Source: Arthrobacter sp. (GTDB taxonomy: Bacteria; Actinomycetota; Actinomycetes; Actinomycetales; Micrococcaceae). From it: DNA of 34,489 nucleotides. Position numbers and translations under genes: made by a program. This document shows positions 1 through 7,414 of the stretch, one piece after another (position 1 is the first letter of the stretch; each line of letters begins with the position of its first letter). The DNA is taken from assembly GCA_041567475.1 (NCBI GenBank), contig JBFGBS010000001.1, positions 1 through 34,489 on the forward strand, given 5' to 3'. The notes beneath the pieces were generated by a model. It had not been told where the DNA came from. It was given only the letters and a program-made list of their open reading frames with translations, and made no database searches.

Positions 1-92
1 CGGGCAGAGGCCTCCTTCACCGACACCCCCTGCCGCAGCAGCGAAAAGAACTCATCCTTCAGCGCATCGGGCGCCCGAAAACCACTCGGCAT
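1..92 (-). CDS. N-terminus of probable IS30-family transposase (partial)
   Basis: Manual translation MPSGFRAPDALKDEFFSLLRQGVSVKEASA, an HTH-start pattern like IS30 transposase N-termini. SD GGAGGT upstream; runs off the window. Confidence 0.6.
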   Translation of the reverse strand, partial: MPSGFRAPDALKDEFFSLLRQGVSVKEASA

Positions 93-138
93 CACAACCT
101 CCAAAAATCAGAATGTTGCAACGACCGTATGATTCCGC
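1..138 (-). mobile_element. Left end of a probable IS30-family insertion sequence (truncated by window edge)
   Basis: Minus strand reads GCGGAATCATACGGTCGTTGCAACA (138-114), resembling actinobacterial IS30-type terminal repeats ending GGTCGTTGCAACA. It is followed by an RBS (GGAGGT) and an HTH-like ORF start. The second end is not visible. Confidence 0.65.
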
Positions 139-190
139 GACTGGAGGATGGGCCGGAAGTGACCCCGCGTTGGTTTAAGGCGGGAGACGG

Positions 191-1018
191 TCAGGCGCCG
201 AGGAAGGCGATGGCGCCTTGCTTGAAGGCCCGGCTCGTAATCGCGTTCGTGTGGTTGCGGCCGGGCAGGATGAGCTGCTCCACCGGGGTGCCTGCCTTGG
301 CCGCGAGCGCGGCCAGTTCCGGCATGGACGCGGCGCGTTCGTCGCTCTCGCCGGCCACCAGGAGTATCGGCATGTGCGGTACGGCCTCGGCCGGATCGTA
401 GGGCTCGGCCTTGATCGCTTCGATCAGGGAGAGCAGCGCGAAGATATTGTTGCTGGGCAGCAGCTGGGCCATTTTCAGCAGGCCGGCAGTCGACGCGTCC
501 GCGATCGGCGTGCCGTCGGCCAGGTGGCGCTGTGCGGCGATGAGATCGAAGTCGGCCAGCGGGTCCGCGACGTTGGGGCCGCCGAGGACCAGGCGGTGCA
601 CCAGTTCGTGCTGGGTGGCACCGAATTCCCAGGCCAGCCGGGAACCCAGCGAGTAGCCGATCACATCCAGCCCGCTGGCGGGGTCGCCGTCGCGCAGAGG
701 GATGGCGCCGGCGTCGACCGCCATCTGCAGCAGGTCCGCGCGGATCCGGCTCGGTGAGTAGGAGTCCAGGTCCTCCGGGCTGCCGCTGCGGCCGTGGCCG
801 GGCAGGTCCACGGTGACCACCCGCCGGCCGGCCTCCAGCAGCGCCGTGACCCAGCCGGTGTCCTCCCAGTTGAGTTTGCTGGAGGAGGAAAACCCGTGCA
901 GCAGCAGCACCGGGCGCAGCCCGGCGTCCTTCGCGGGCTCGTGCATCCCCACGTACAGCTGGGGGTCCGTGCCCTCCACGGTGTGGACGTGCTGTTCGCC
1001 CGTGTGCCTGCCGCTCAT
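191..1018 (-). CDS. Alpha/beta-fold serine hydrolase (esterase/thioesterase/acyltransferase-like)
   Basis: HGF oxyanion motif, DLPGHGRS, nucleophile elbow GYSLG, candidate Asp (GESD) and His (GRNH). ATG at 1018 has an SD (GAGGA) inside the end of the lipoyl gene; alternative start 1033. Confidence 0.9.
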   Translation of the reverse strand: MSGRHTGEQHVHTVEGTDPQLYVGMHEPAKDAGLRPVLLLHGFSSSSKLNWEDTGWVTALLEAGRRVVTVDLPGHGRSGSPEDLDSYSPSRIRADLLQMAVDAGAIPLRDGDPASGLDVIGYSLGSRLAWEFGATQHELVHRLVLGGPNVADPLADFDLIAAQRHLADGTPIADASTAGLLKMAQLLPSNNIFALLSLIEAIKAEPYDPAEAVPHMPILLVAGESDERAASMPELAALAAKAGTPVEQLILPGRNHTNAITSRAFKQGAIAFLGA

Positions 1019-1022
1019 CGTC

Positions 1023-1352
1023 TCAGTCCTCATCAGGTGCGGCGCTCAGGCGGACCCGGCGCCGGGGTGGCTCTTCCGTCGGTACCGTGCCGACGATGCC
1101 GGCGGTGTTGTCCGGCACCTCAAACACAACCAGGGGCTCGCCGACGTTGATTTTGTCACCGGGCCCGCCATGGATACGCACCACCTTACCCGCCTGGGGG
1201 CTGGGCAATTCAAGGGCCGACTTCGCCGTCTCCAGCTCAACGAGCGGCTGGTTCCGCTCCACCTGGTCCCCGGCGGCCACGAGCCATTCCAGCACGGTGG
1301 CCTCGATCAGCCCCTCGCCGAGGTCGGGCAGGGGAAAGGAAATTTCAGCCAC
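1023..1352 (-). CDS. Stand-alone lipoyl-domain protein (E2-like N-terminus only, about 109 aa)
   Basis: GTG start overlaps the E1beta stop (GTGGCTGA). FPLPDLGEGLIEA...VELETAKSALELPSP is a lipoyl domain with the lipoyl-lysine in ETAK. Ends after a short RRRVRL tail with no subunit-binding or acyltransferase domain. Confidence 0.9.
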   Translation of the reverse strand: MAEISFPLPDLGEGLIEATVLEWLVAAGDQVERNQPLVELETAKSALELPSPQAGKVVRIHGGPGDKINVGEPLVVFEVPDNTAGIVGTVPTEEPPRRRVRLSAAPDED

Positions 1353-2382
1353 GCCGGTACTCCAATACTCGCTGGATCCCGAAGAGGATCCGGTCAATGT
1401 TCGGGGTGTATTCGTCCTCCAGGTCACCGGAGGGGTAGGGGACATCGAAGCCGGTGACCCGTTCCACCGGCGCCTTGAGCGTGTCAAAGCAGCTTTGGGT
1501 GATCAGTTGCGCCACCTCCGCGCCGAGCCCCGAGGTCAGCGGCGCTTCGTGCACGACGACGGCGCGCCGCGTTTTGCCCACGGAGGCGGCCAGCGCGGCG
1601 GCGTCGATCGGCTTGAGCCAGCGCAGGTCCAGGACCTCGACGTCGATCCCGTCCTCCGCGGCCAGTTCGGCCACCTGCAGGCAGCGGGCCACCATGGCGC
1701 CCCACGCCACCAGCGTGACGTGCCGGCCGGCGCGCATGACCTTGGCGCCGGTGGGGGAGCCGGCGGCCGCGTCGCCCCGGGCCAGGGTGACCTCGCCTTT
1801 TTGCCAGTAACGCGATTTGGGCTCCATAAAGACCACGGGGTCCGGCCGCGCGGCGGCGTATTTGAGCAGGTGGTAGGCCTCATGCGGAGTCGACGGCGAG
1901 ACGACCTTAAGCCCGGGGACATGGGCAAACAGCGCCTCAAGGCTTTCGCCGTGGTGTTCGGGGGCGCGGATCCCGCCGAAGCTGGGCACCCGGAGGGTGA
2001 CCGGCATCGGCAGGGCGCCGCGGCTGCGGTAGTTCAGCCGGGCGATCTGGCAGACGATCTGGTTGATCGCCGGGTAGGCGAAACCGTCGAACTGGACCTC
2101 GGGGATCGGATGGAAACCGGCCATGGCCAGGCCCGCAGCCATGCCGAGGATGCCCGATTCCGCCAGCGGGGTATCGAAGACGCGGCGCTCGCCGTGCTTG
2201 GCCTGCAGCCCGTCGGTGATCCGGAAGACACCGCCGAGGCGGCCGCAGTCCTCACCGAAGATGACCGCCTTGGGGTTCTCGGCCAGGATCTCATCGAGGG
2301 CCAGGTTCAGGGCCTGCTGCATCGACAGGGTCACGGTGGCCGGGTCGACGCCGGCGTCGCTTTCAAGGATTGCGCTAGACAT
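1345..2382 (-). CDS. 2-oxoacid dehydrogenase E1 beta subunit (PdhB/BkdB type)
   Basis: FGEDCGRLGGVFR, FDTPLAESGI, EVQFDGF, EHHGES, VVVHEA motifs. ATG at 2382 overlaps the E1alpha stop (ATGTCTAG); the longer ORF-track start is spurious. Confidence 0.93.
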   Translation of the reverse strand: MSSAILESDAGVDPATVTLSMQQALNLALDEILAENPKAVIFGEDCGRLGGVFRITDGLQAKHGERRVFDTPLAESGILGMAAGLAMAGFHPIPEVQFDGFAYPAINQIVCQIARLNYRSRGALPMPVTLRVPSFGGIRAPEHHGESLEALFAHVPGLKVVSPSTPHEAYHLLKYAAARPDPVVFMEPKSRYWQKGEVTLARGDAAAGSPTGAKVMRAGRHVTLVAWGAMVARCLQVAELAAEDGIDVEVLDLRWLKPIDAAALAASVGKTRRAVVVHEAPLTSGLGAEVAQLITQSCFDTLKAPVERVTGFDVPYPSGDLEDEYTPNIDRILFGIQRVLEYRRG

Positions 2383-3433
2383 GTTCGGACTCCTCGCGCC
2401 AACTGGCGGCCTGGGCCTGCAGGGCAGGGGTGGTTTCCTGGAAGACCAGGTCGAACATTTCGGCGCCGGGCCGCGGGCCGAGGGCCTGGATGCCGGTGCG
2501 GAGCTGTTCCTCCTCGGCCCGGGCCGCGGCCCAGGCAGCATCGACGAACGCCGCGTCGGCGGTCCCATCGGCGAGCAGGCGATCCCGCAGCCGGTCCAGC
2601 GGGTCCGGCCCGGCGCCCTCGCGCTCCTCGTCGAGGGAACGGTAGCGTCCCGGATCATCGGCGGTGGAATGCGGTCCGCGCCGGTAGGTCATGGCCTCGA
2701 TGACCACGGGGCCGCCGCCGGCCCGGGCATGGGCGAAGGCGCGGCGGGTGGCCTGCACGACGGCAACGACGTCATCGCCGTCGATCTGCAGTGCCGGGAT
2801 CCCGTAGCCGGCGGCCCGGGCGGCCACGGAGCCGCCGGCGACCTGGCGTTCGGTCGGGACGGAGATGGCCCAGCCGTTGTTCTGGATGAAGAACACCACG
2901 GGAGTCTTCATGATGGCGGCGAAGTTCATCGCCTCGTGGACGTCGCCCTGCGAGGAAGCGCCGTCCCCGAAGTAGCTCAGGGCCACGCCCGGGGCGGCCT
3001 CGCCGGCGCCGTCCGCGGCCGCCAGCGTCTGGCCGTGGGCCCAGCCGACCGCGTGCAGGACGGACCCGGCCACCACCGCCTGGATCGGGGCGAGCCGGGA
3101 CTCGAGAGCGTTGTAGAGCCCGCCATGCCAGGCGGCCTTGTGGGTGGCCATGTAGGCGACCATGTCCACACCGAGTGTGCGGGCGACGCCCATTTCCCGG
3201 TAGGTCGGGAAGGCGAAGTCGCGGGTGGTGTCCATGGCGTAGGCGCTGCCGACCTGGGCTGCTTCCTGGCCGTGCTCGGGCGCGTAGCCGGGGATCAGGC
3301 CCTGCCGCTGCCAGGCGATAGCCGAGGTATCGAGGTGGCGGACAGCCGCCATGAGGGTATACAGCTCGCGGAGCTCAGCAGGTGTCAGCGGCGGGGCGTC
3401 CTCATCGGGCGCCCAGGGGAAGGAGGTCTCCAT
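2375..3433 (-). CDS. 2-oxoacid dehydrogenase E1 alpha subunit (PdhA/BkdA type, ThDP-dependent)
   Basis: QRQG..YAP..GQEA, TYRE, ThDP motif GDGASSQG...NN, active-site loop YRRGPHSTADDP. ATG 3433 lies 7 nt below a -10 box. Confidence 0.93.
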   Translation of the reverse strand: METSFPWAPDEDAPPLTPAELRELYTLMAAVRHLDTSAIAWQRQGLIPGYAPEHGQEAAQVGSAYAMDTTRDFAFPTYREMGVARTLGVDMVAYMATHKAAWHGGLYNALESRLAPIQAVVAGSVLHAVGWAHGQTLAAADGAGEAAPGVALSYFGDGASSQGDVHEAMNFAAIMKTPVVFFIQNNGWAISVPTERQVAGGSVAARAAGYGIPALQIDGDDVVAVVQATRRAFAHARAGGGPVVIEAMTYRRGPHSTADDPGRYRSLDEEREGAGPDPLDRLRDRLLADGTADAAFVDAAWAAARAEEEQLRTGIQALGPRPGAEMFDLVFQETTPALQAQAASWREESEHV

Positions 3434-3440
3434 GCCTGTG

Positions 3441-3469
3441 ACCCTAGTCACCCCCGCACGGCCGGGCAA
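3441..3469 (-). promoter_or_regulatory. Sigma70-type promoter for leaderless E1alpha mRNA
   Basis: Minus strand TTGCCC-N17-TAGGGT-N7-ATG, no SD. Confidence 0.65.
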
Positions 3470-3555
3470 TCAGCTCCGTGACGGGTGCTCAAGCTGTACA
3501 CATTCGCGGGTCCCCGGCGGGCAGGCCACTGCAAATTGTCAACCGACGGGCGGAC

Positions 3556-4413
3556 TCAGGGGATTACGACGGCGTCGCCGCTGACGGCTATTCCGCCGAG
3601 CCGGGGAATGTCGACGGTGAGCACACTCGGGCGGCCGACGTGGCTGCCCTGGTGCAGCACCAGGCGGGCGGGCGGATCCACGAGCCCGAGCCCGCGCAGG
3701 TAGCCGCCGAACGCCGCCGCGGCCGAACCTGTCGCCGGGTCCTCGATGATGGTGCCCACCGGGAAGAGGTTGCGGGAGTCGAACTCGCCCGGTCCCGTCG
3801 CGCAGAGCGTCGTGACGGTCCCGGCCCAGCCCTGCTCATCCATCAGTGCGCGCACGGAAGCCGGGTCGAAGACGAAGGTGTCGAAGGTTCCCCGGTCCGC
3901 GAAGACGAGCATGGGGTGCCAGTTGCCGGCGAACGCGAGCATCGGCGGGTAGCCGGGATCCAGGTCGTCCCGGACCACGCCGAGCAGCCCGAGCAGGGTG
4001 TCCAGGACGCCGTCGGGAAAGTCGGCCACCTGTGGTTCGACGCTTGTGAACTGCGCCTTCACCGCGGCGCCCCGGCCGGTGGTCTCGATCACGACCGGCC
4101 CCACCGGGGTATCGAAGCTGAAGGTCCCGGTTCCGTCGCGCCGGGCCAGCGCCACGGCCAGGGCGATCGTGGCGTGGCCGCAGAACGGCACCTCGGCAAT
4201 CGGGGAGAAATACCGCACCCGGTGCCGGCGGGGGTTCCCCTCGACGGCAACCTGCGTGACGAACACGGATTCGGCGTAGCCGACGTCGGCGGCGATGGCC
4301 TGCATCCGGGCCTCATCCAGCCCGGCCGCGTCCAGCACCACCCCCGCCGGATTGCCGCCGTCGGGGGAGGTGCTGAAGGCCGCGTAGCGCAGGACCTCGG
4401 GGGTCTGTTCCAT
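3556..4413 (-). CDS. PhzF-family isomerase/epimerase (DAP-epimerase fold)
   Basis: AF...GGNPAGVV, YAESVF, EVPFCGHAT and EDPATGSA motifs. Only the C-terminal part of the 980-aa track ORF is the gene; start MEQTPE. Confidence 0.9.
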   Translation of the reverse strand: MEQTPEVLRYAAFSTSPDGGNPAGVVLDAAGLDEARMQAIAADVGYAESVFVTQVAVEGNPRRHRVRYFSPIAEVPFCGHATIALAVALARRDGTGTFSFDTPVGPVVIETTGRGAAVKAQFTSVEPQVADFPDGVLDTLLGLLGVVRDDLDPGYPPMLAFAGNWHPMLVFADRGTFDTFVFDPASVRALMDEQGWAGTVTTLCATGPGEFDSRNLFPVGTIIEDPATGSAAAAFGGYLRGLGLVDPPARLVLHQGSHVGRPSVLTVDIPRLGGIAVSGDAVVIP

Positions 4414-4451
4414 TCCGCCATGGTCGCACATGGCGGGGCGGCCCGGGAGGG

Positions 4452-5888
4452 TCAGTCCGCGGTGTTGGCCGGTTCTTCCCTGCGCTCCGCAACGCTGACT
4501 GCGCCGCGGCGGCCGGTGAGCCGGGCCCCGGCCCAGCAGGCCACGGCGATGCCGGCGACCAGGGCGAAGGTGCTCAGGAGCTGGCGGCTGCTGTCCGGGC
4601 TGCTGAAGCCGACGGCGAAGATCGCCGCCAGGATCACGAGCCCGGCGATGGTCAGCACCGGGAAGCCCTTCATCCGCAGCGGCAGCTCGGTGCCGTCGCG
4701 GTCGGCGCGGCGGCGCAGGATGAGCTGGGACACGAGGGCGGAACCCCACACGACGAGGCAGGTGGAGCCGACCAGCTGGAACAGCGCCGGCAGGATCTGT
4801 TCCGGGAACAGCAGTTCCAGCCCGGCGGCAACGAAGCCGAAGGCCACGGAGATGCCGACCGCGACGGCCGGCACCCGGGCCGCACTGAGCCGGGAGAGGA
4901 TCCGGGGTGCTTCTCCGCGCAGGGACAGCGAGTAGGCCATCCGGGAGGCACCGTACAGGTTGGCGTTCAGGGCCGAGAGGAGGGCGACGACGGCGACGAG
5001 GGTGATCGCTGCCCCGGCGCCGGGGATGCGGGCCATGTCCAGGACGCCGGCAAACGGCGAGGCGAGGGCGTCGGAGGTCGCCGGCAGGATCGCGGCGATG
5101 ACGAACACGGAGCCGATGTAGAAGACCAGGATGCGCCAGAGGACCGTGCGGACCGCCTGGCCGACGCTGCGGGCGGGATTCTCCGTCTCCGCGGCGGCGA
5201 CGCTGACGATTTCGGTGCCGCCGAAGGCGAAGATCACCACGAACAGGGCGGTGGCGATCCCGCCGAGCCCGGAGGGGGCGAAATCGGTGGTGATGTTGGT
5301 CAGGCCGGGGGAGGCGACATTGGGCAGCCAGCCGAGCAGCAGGGCGGCGCCGATGCCGACGAACATCACGATCGCCGCGACCTTGAGGATCGCAAACCAG
5401 AACTCGAATTCGCCGAAGTTTTTCACGCCGGCGAGGTTGATGGCCGTAAAGACCGCCATAAACACCAGGGCCAGGGCCCAGGCCGGGAGGACGGGCCAGA
5501 CGGTGACGAGCAGCGCGGCGGCGCCCAGGGCTTCGGCGGCGATGACCACGACCAGCTGCAGCCACCACAGCCACCCGACGGTCGCCCCGGCGGTCCGGCC
5601 CATGGCCTTCTCGGCGTAGACGGAGAACGCGCCGCTGTTGGGGTTGGCGGCGGCCATCTCGCCCAGGGCCCACATGACCAGGATGATCAGTGTCCCGGCG
5701 ACCAGGTAGGAGATCAGCACGGCAGGGCCCGCGGCCTGGATGCCGGCGCCGGAGCCGAGGAAGAGGCCCGCGCCGATGGCGCTGCCGAGGCCCATCATGG
5801 TGAGCTGGCGCGGTTTCATGCTGTTGCTGCTGCCGGGGGCGCGGCCCGGCGGCGGAGCCGGGCGCTGCGCGGTGGACGTCATTGTCAT
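4452..5888 (-). CDS. APC-family amino acid permease (GabP/AroP-like)
   Basis: RQLTMMGLGSAIGAGLFLGSG, FGEFEFWFA, FAFGGTEIV motifs and about 12 hydrophobic segments; SD AAGAAGG before ATG 5888. Confidence 0.92.
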   Translation of the reverse strand: MTMTSTAQRPAPPPGRAPGSSNSMKPRQLTMMGLGSAIGAGLFLGSGAGIQAAGPAVLISYLVAGTLIILVMWALGEMAAANPNSGAFSVYAEKAMGRTAGATVGWLWWLQLVVVIAAEALGAAALLVTVWPVLPAWALALVFMAVFTAINLAGVKNFGEFEFWFAILKVAAIVMFVGIGAALLLGWLPNVASPGLTNITTDFAPSGLGGIATALFVVIFAFGGTEIVSVAAAETENPARSVGQAVRTVLWRILVFYIGSVFVIAAILPATSDALASPFAGVLDMARIPGAGAAITLVAVVALLSALNANLYGASRMAYSLSLRGEAPRILSRLSAARVPAVAVGISVAFGFVAAGLELLFPEQILPALFQLVGSTCLVVWGSALVSQLILRRRADRDGTELPLRMKGFPVLTIAGLVILAAIFAVGFSSPDSSRQLLSTFALVAGIAVACWAGARLTGRRGAVSVAERREEPANTAD

Positions 5889-6075
5889 GCTGGCGAACCT
5901 TCTTGTGGTTGGGGGTGAAAAAGTCCTTGTGGGACCTAACGAATTTACCGTCTTTGCCCTGGCGCCGCCGACGCGCCCGGCCCGGGGCCGTGAGAGCATG
6001 ATGGCAGTTTGCCGGCCACAGCGGCACATCGGCTGACGATTTGTCCGACAGTGACGGCAAGGAGAAGGAGGAACG

Positions 6076-6549
6076 ATGACCGTTGATCCGCTGGATGCAA
6101 AAATTGTCCGGTTCTTCACGGATTCGCCGCGCGCCTCCGTCCTGGAGGCTTCGCGCGTGCTCAAGGTCGCCCGCGCCACCGTGCAGTCGCGGCTGGACCG
6201 GATGCAGGACAGCGGTGTCATCGGTGCGTGGGTACCGCAGCCGGATCCGGCGCACTTCGGGTTCCCGGTCGTGGCGTTCTGCTCGCTGACCATCAACCAG
6301 GACCTGGGGCACGACGCCGTCGTCGCTGCCCTGTCCCGGATCCCGGAACTGATTGAGATCCACACGGTCTCCGGCGGTTCGGACCTCATGGCCCGGGTGG
6401 CCGCCCGGTCCAATCCGGATCTGCAGCGCGTGCTCGATGCCATGATCGCCACCCGGACCGTCCTGCGGTCCTCCTCCGTGATTGTGCTCAACACGCACTT
6501 CCAGGGACGGACCCTGCCGCTGCTGGAAGCCGCCGCCCGGGACGAGTGA
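6076..6549 (+). CDS. Lrp/AsnC-family transcriptional regulator
   Basis: DPLDAKI...R.S..E.SR.L.V.R.TVQSRL HTH and C-terminal RAM domain (HTVSGGSDL); strong SD AAGGAGG; divergent from the permease. Confidence 0.93.
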   Translation: MTVDPLDAKIVRFFTDSPRASVLEASRVLKVARATVQSRLDRMQDSGVIGAWVPQPDPAHFGFPVVAFCSLTINQDLGHDAVVAALSRIPELIEIHTVSGGSDLMARVAARSNPDLQRVLDAMIATRTVLRSSSVIVLNTHFQGRTLPLLEAAARDE

Positions 6550-6573
6550 GCCGAAACACGGGCACGACGCATT

Positions 6574-6601
6574 TTGTCCGCCGCGTCCGTGGCCGTAGAA
6601 T
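6574..6601 (+). promoter_or_regulatory. Sigma70-type promoter of nrtR-nad operon
   Basis: TTGTCC-N16-TAGAAT immediately upstream of the operator palindrome. Confidence 0.65.
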
Positions 6602-6602
6602 G

Positions 6603-6627
6603 AGTTCTAGTCATTATGACTATAACT
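6603..6627. promoter_or_regulatory. NrtR operator
   Basis: AGTTCTAGTCA-TTA-TGACTATAACT, an AT-rich dyad with one arm mismatch and the GT-N7-AC core typical of NrtR sites; overlaps the predicted transcription start of nrtR. Confidence 0.85.
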
Positions 6628-6703
6628 AGTCCGGCGGTCGGGTCGGACCTGAGCGGACCGTTCCTGCGGGACCCGCCGGAATCGTGGAAGCGGGGTGAAG
6701 ACC

Positions 6704-7414
6704 GTGTACAGCACAGCAGCCAACGTCTCCGAACGTCAGTCGGCACCGCCGACGCTGGCCATCTCCACCGTGATCTTCGCCCTCCGGCCCAGCGAGAGCT
6801 CCGGCCGCCCCACGCTCTGGATCCCGTTGGTGCGCAGGATCCGGGAACCCTTCAAGGACCTCTGGGCGCTTCCCGGCGGACCCTTGAGCCACGCCGAATC
6901 CCTCCAGGACGCCGCGTCCCGGAATCTGCGCGAGACCACCGGGCTCGCGCCGAACTACCTCGAACAGCTCTACGCCTTCGGCGGGCTGCACCGTTCCCCC
7001 ACCCAGCGGGTCGTCTCGATTGTGTACTGGGCGCTCGTCCAGCCCACAGAGGCGGCGCTCGCGGACGAATCGGAAAATGTCCGCTGGTTCCGTGCCGACC
7101 GGCTGGGGGAGCTGGCCTTCGACCACAACGCAATCGTCGAGTATGCCCTCTGGCGGCTGCGCAACAAGATGGCGTACGGCTCAATCGCCTACCACCTGCT
7201 GGGCGAATATTTCACCCTGGCCCAGGTCCGTGAAGTCTACGAAGCCGTCCTGGACCGCGAGCTGGACCCGGCCAACTTCCGGCGCCAGATCAAGGCCGCC
7301 CCCGAGATCGAAGAAACCGACCAATACCTGCAGGGCGGCAAGCACCGCCCACCCCGCCTCTACCGCTACACCGGCCGCCCCGGCCTGGACCCAGACAACA
7401 GGAGCACACCATGA
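6704..7414 (+). CDS. nrtR: NrtR/NdnR-family Nudix transcriptional regulator of NAD synthesis
   Basis: Nudix-like WALPGG...E...RNLRETTG, LEQLY.FG...R, LAFDH, and C-terminal wHTH (FTL..V..VYE...LDPANFRR...RPPRLY). GTG 6704 with SD GGGGTG (alternative 6695); ATGA overlap with nadA. Confidence 0.92.
   Translation: MYSTAANVSERQSAPPTLAISTVIFALRPSESSGRPTLWIPLVRRIREPFKDLWALPGGPLSHAESLQDAASRNLRETTGLAPNYLEQLYAFGGLHRSPTQRVVSIVYWALVQPTEAALADESENVRWFRADRLGELAFDHNAIVEYALWRLRNKMAYGSIAYHLLGEYFTLAQVREVYEAVLDRELDPANFRRQIKAAPEIEETDQYLQGGKHRPPRLYRYTGRPGLDPDNRSTP

Noticed and set aside
1023-1352. Calling the lipoyl gene a frameshifted E2 pseudogene
   Set aside because: No acyltransferase remnant (e.g. DHR..DG motif) is evident downstream, and the gene ends cleanly with the next gene's SD embedded. 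A clean deletion cannot be excluded without comparative data.
3556-6498. 980-aa ORF suggesting a giant PhzF fusion
   Set aside because: The upstream part is Arg/Pro/Gly-rich off-frame read-through over the permease and antisense to lrp; only 3556-4413 has PhzF motifs.
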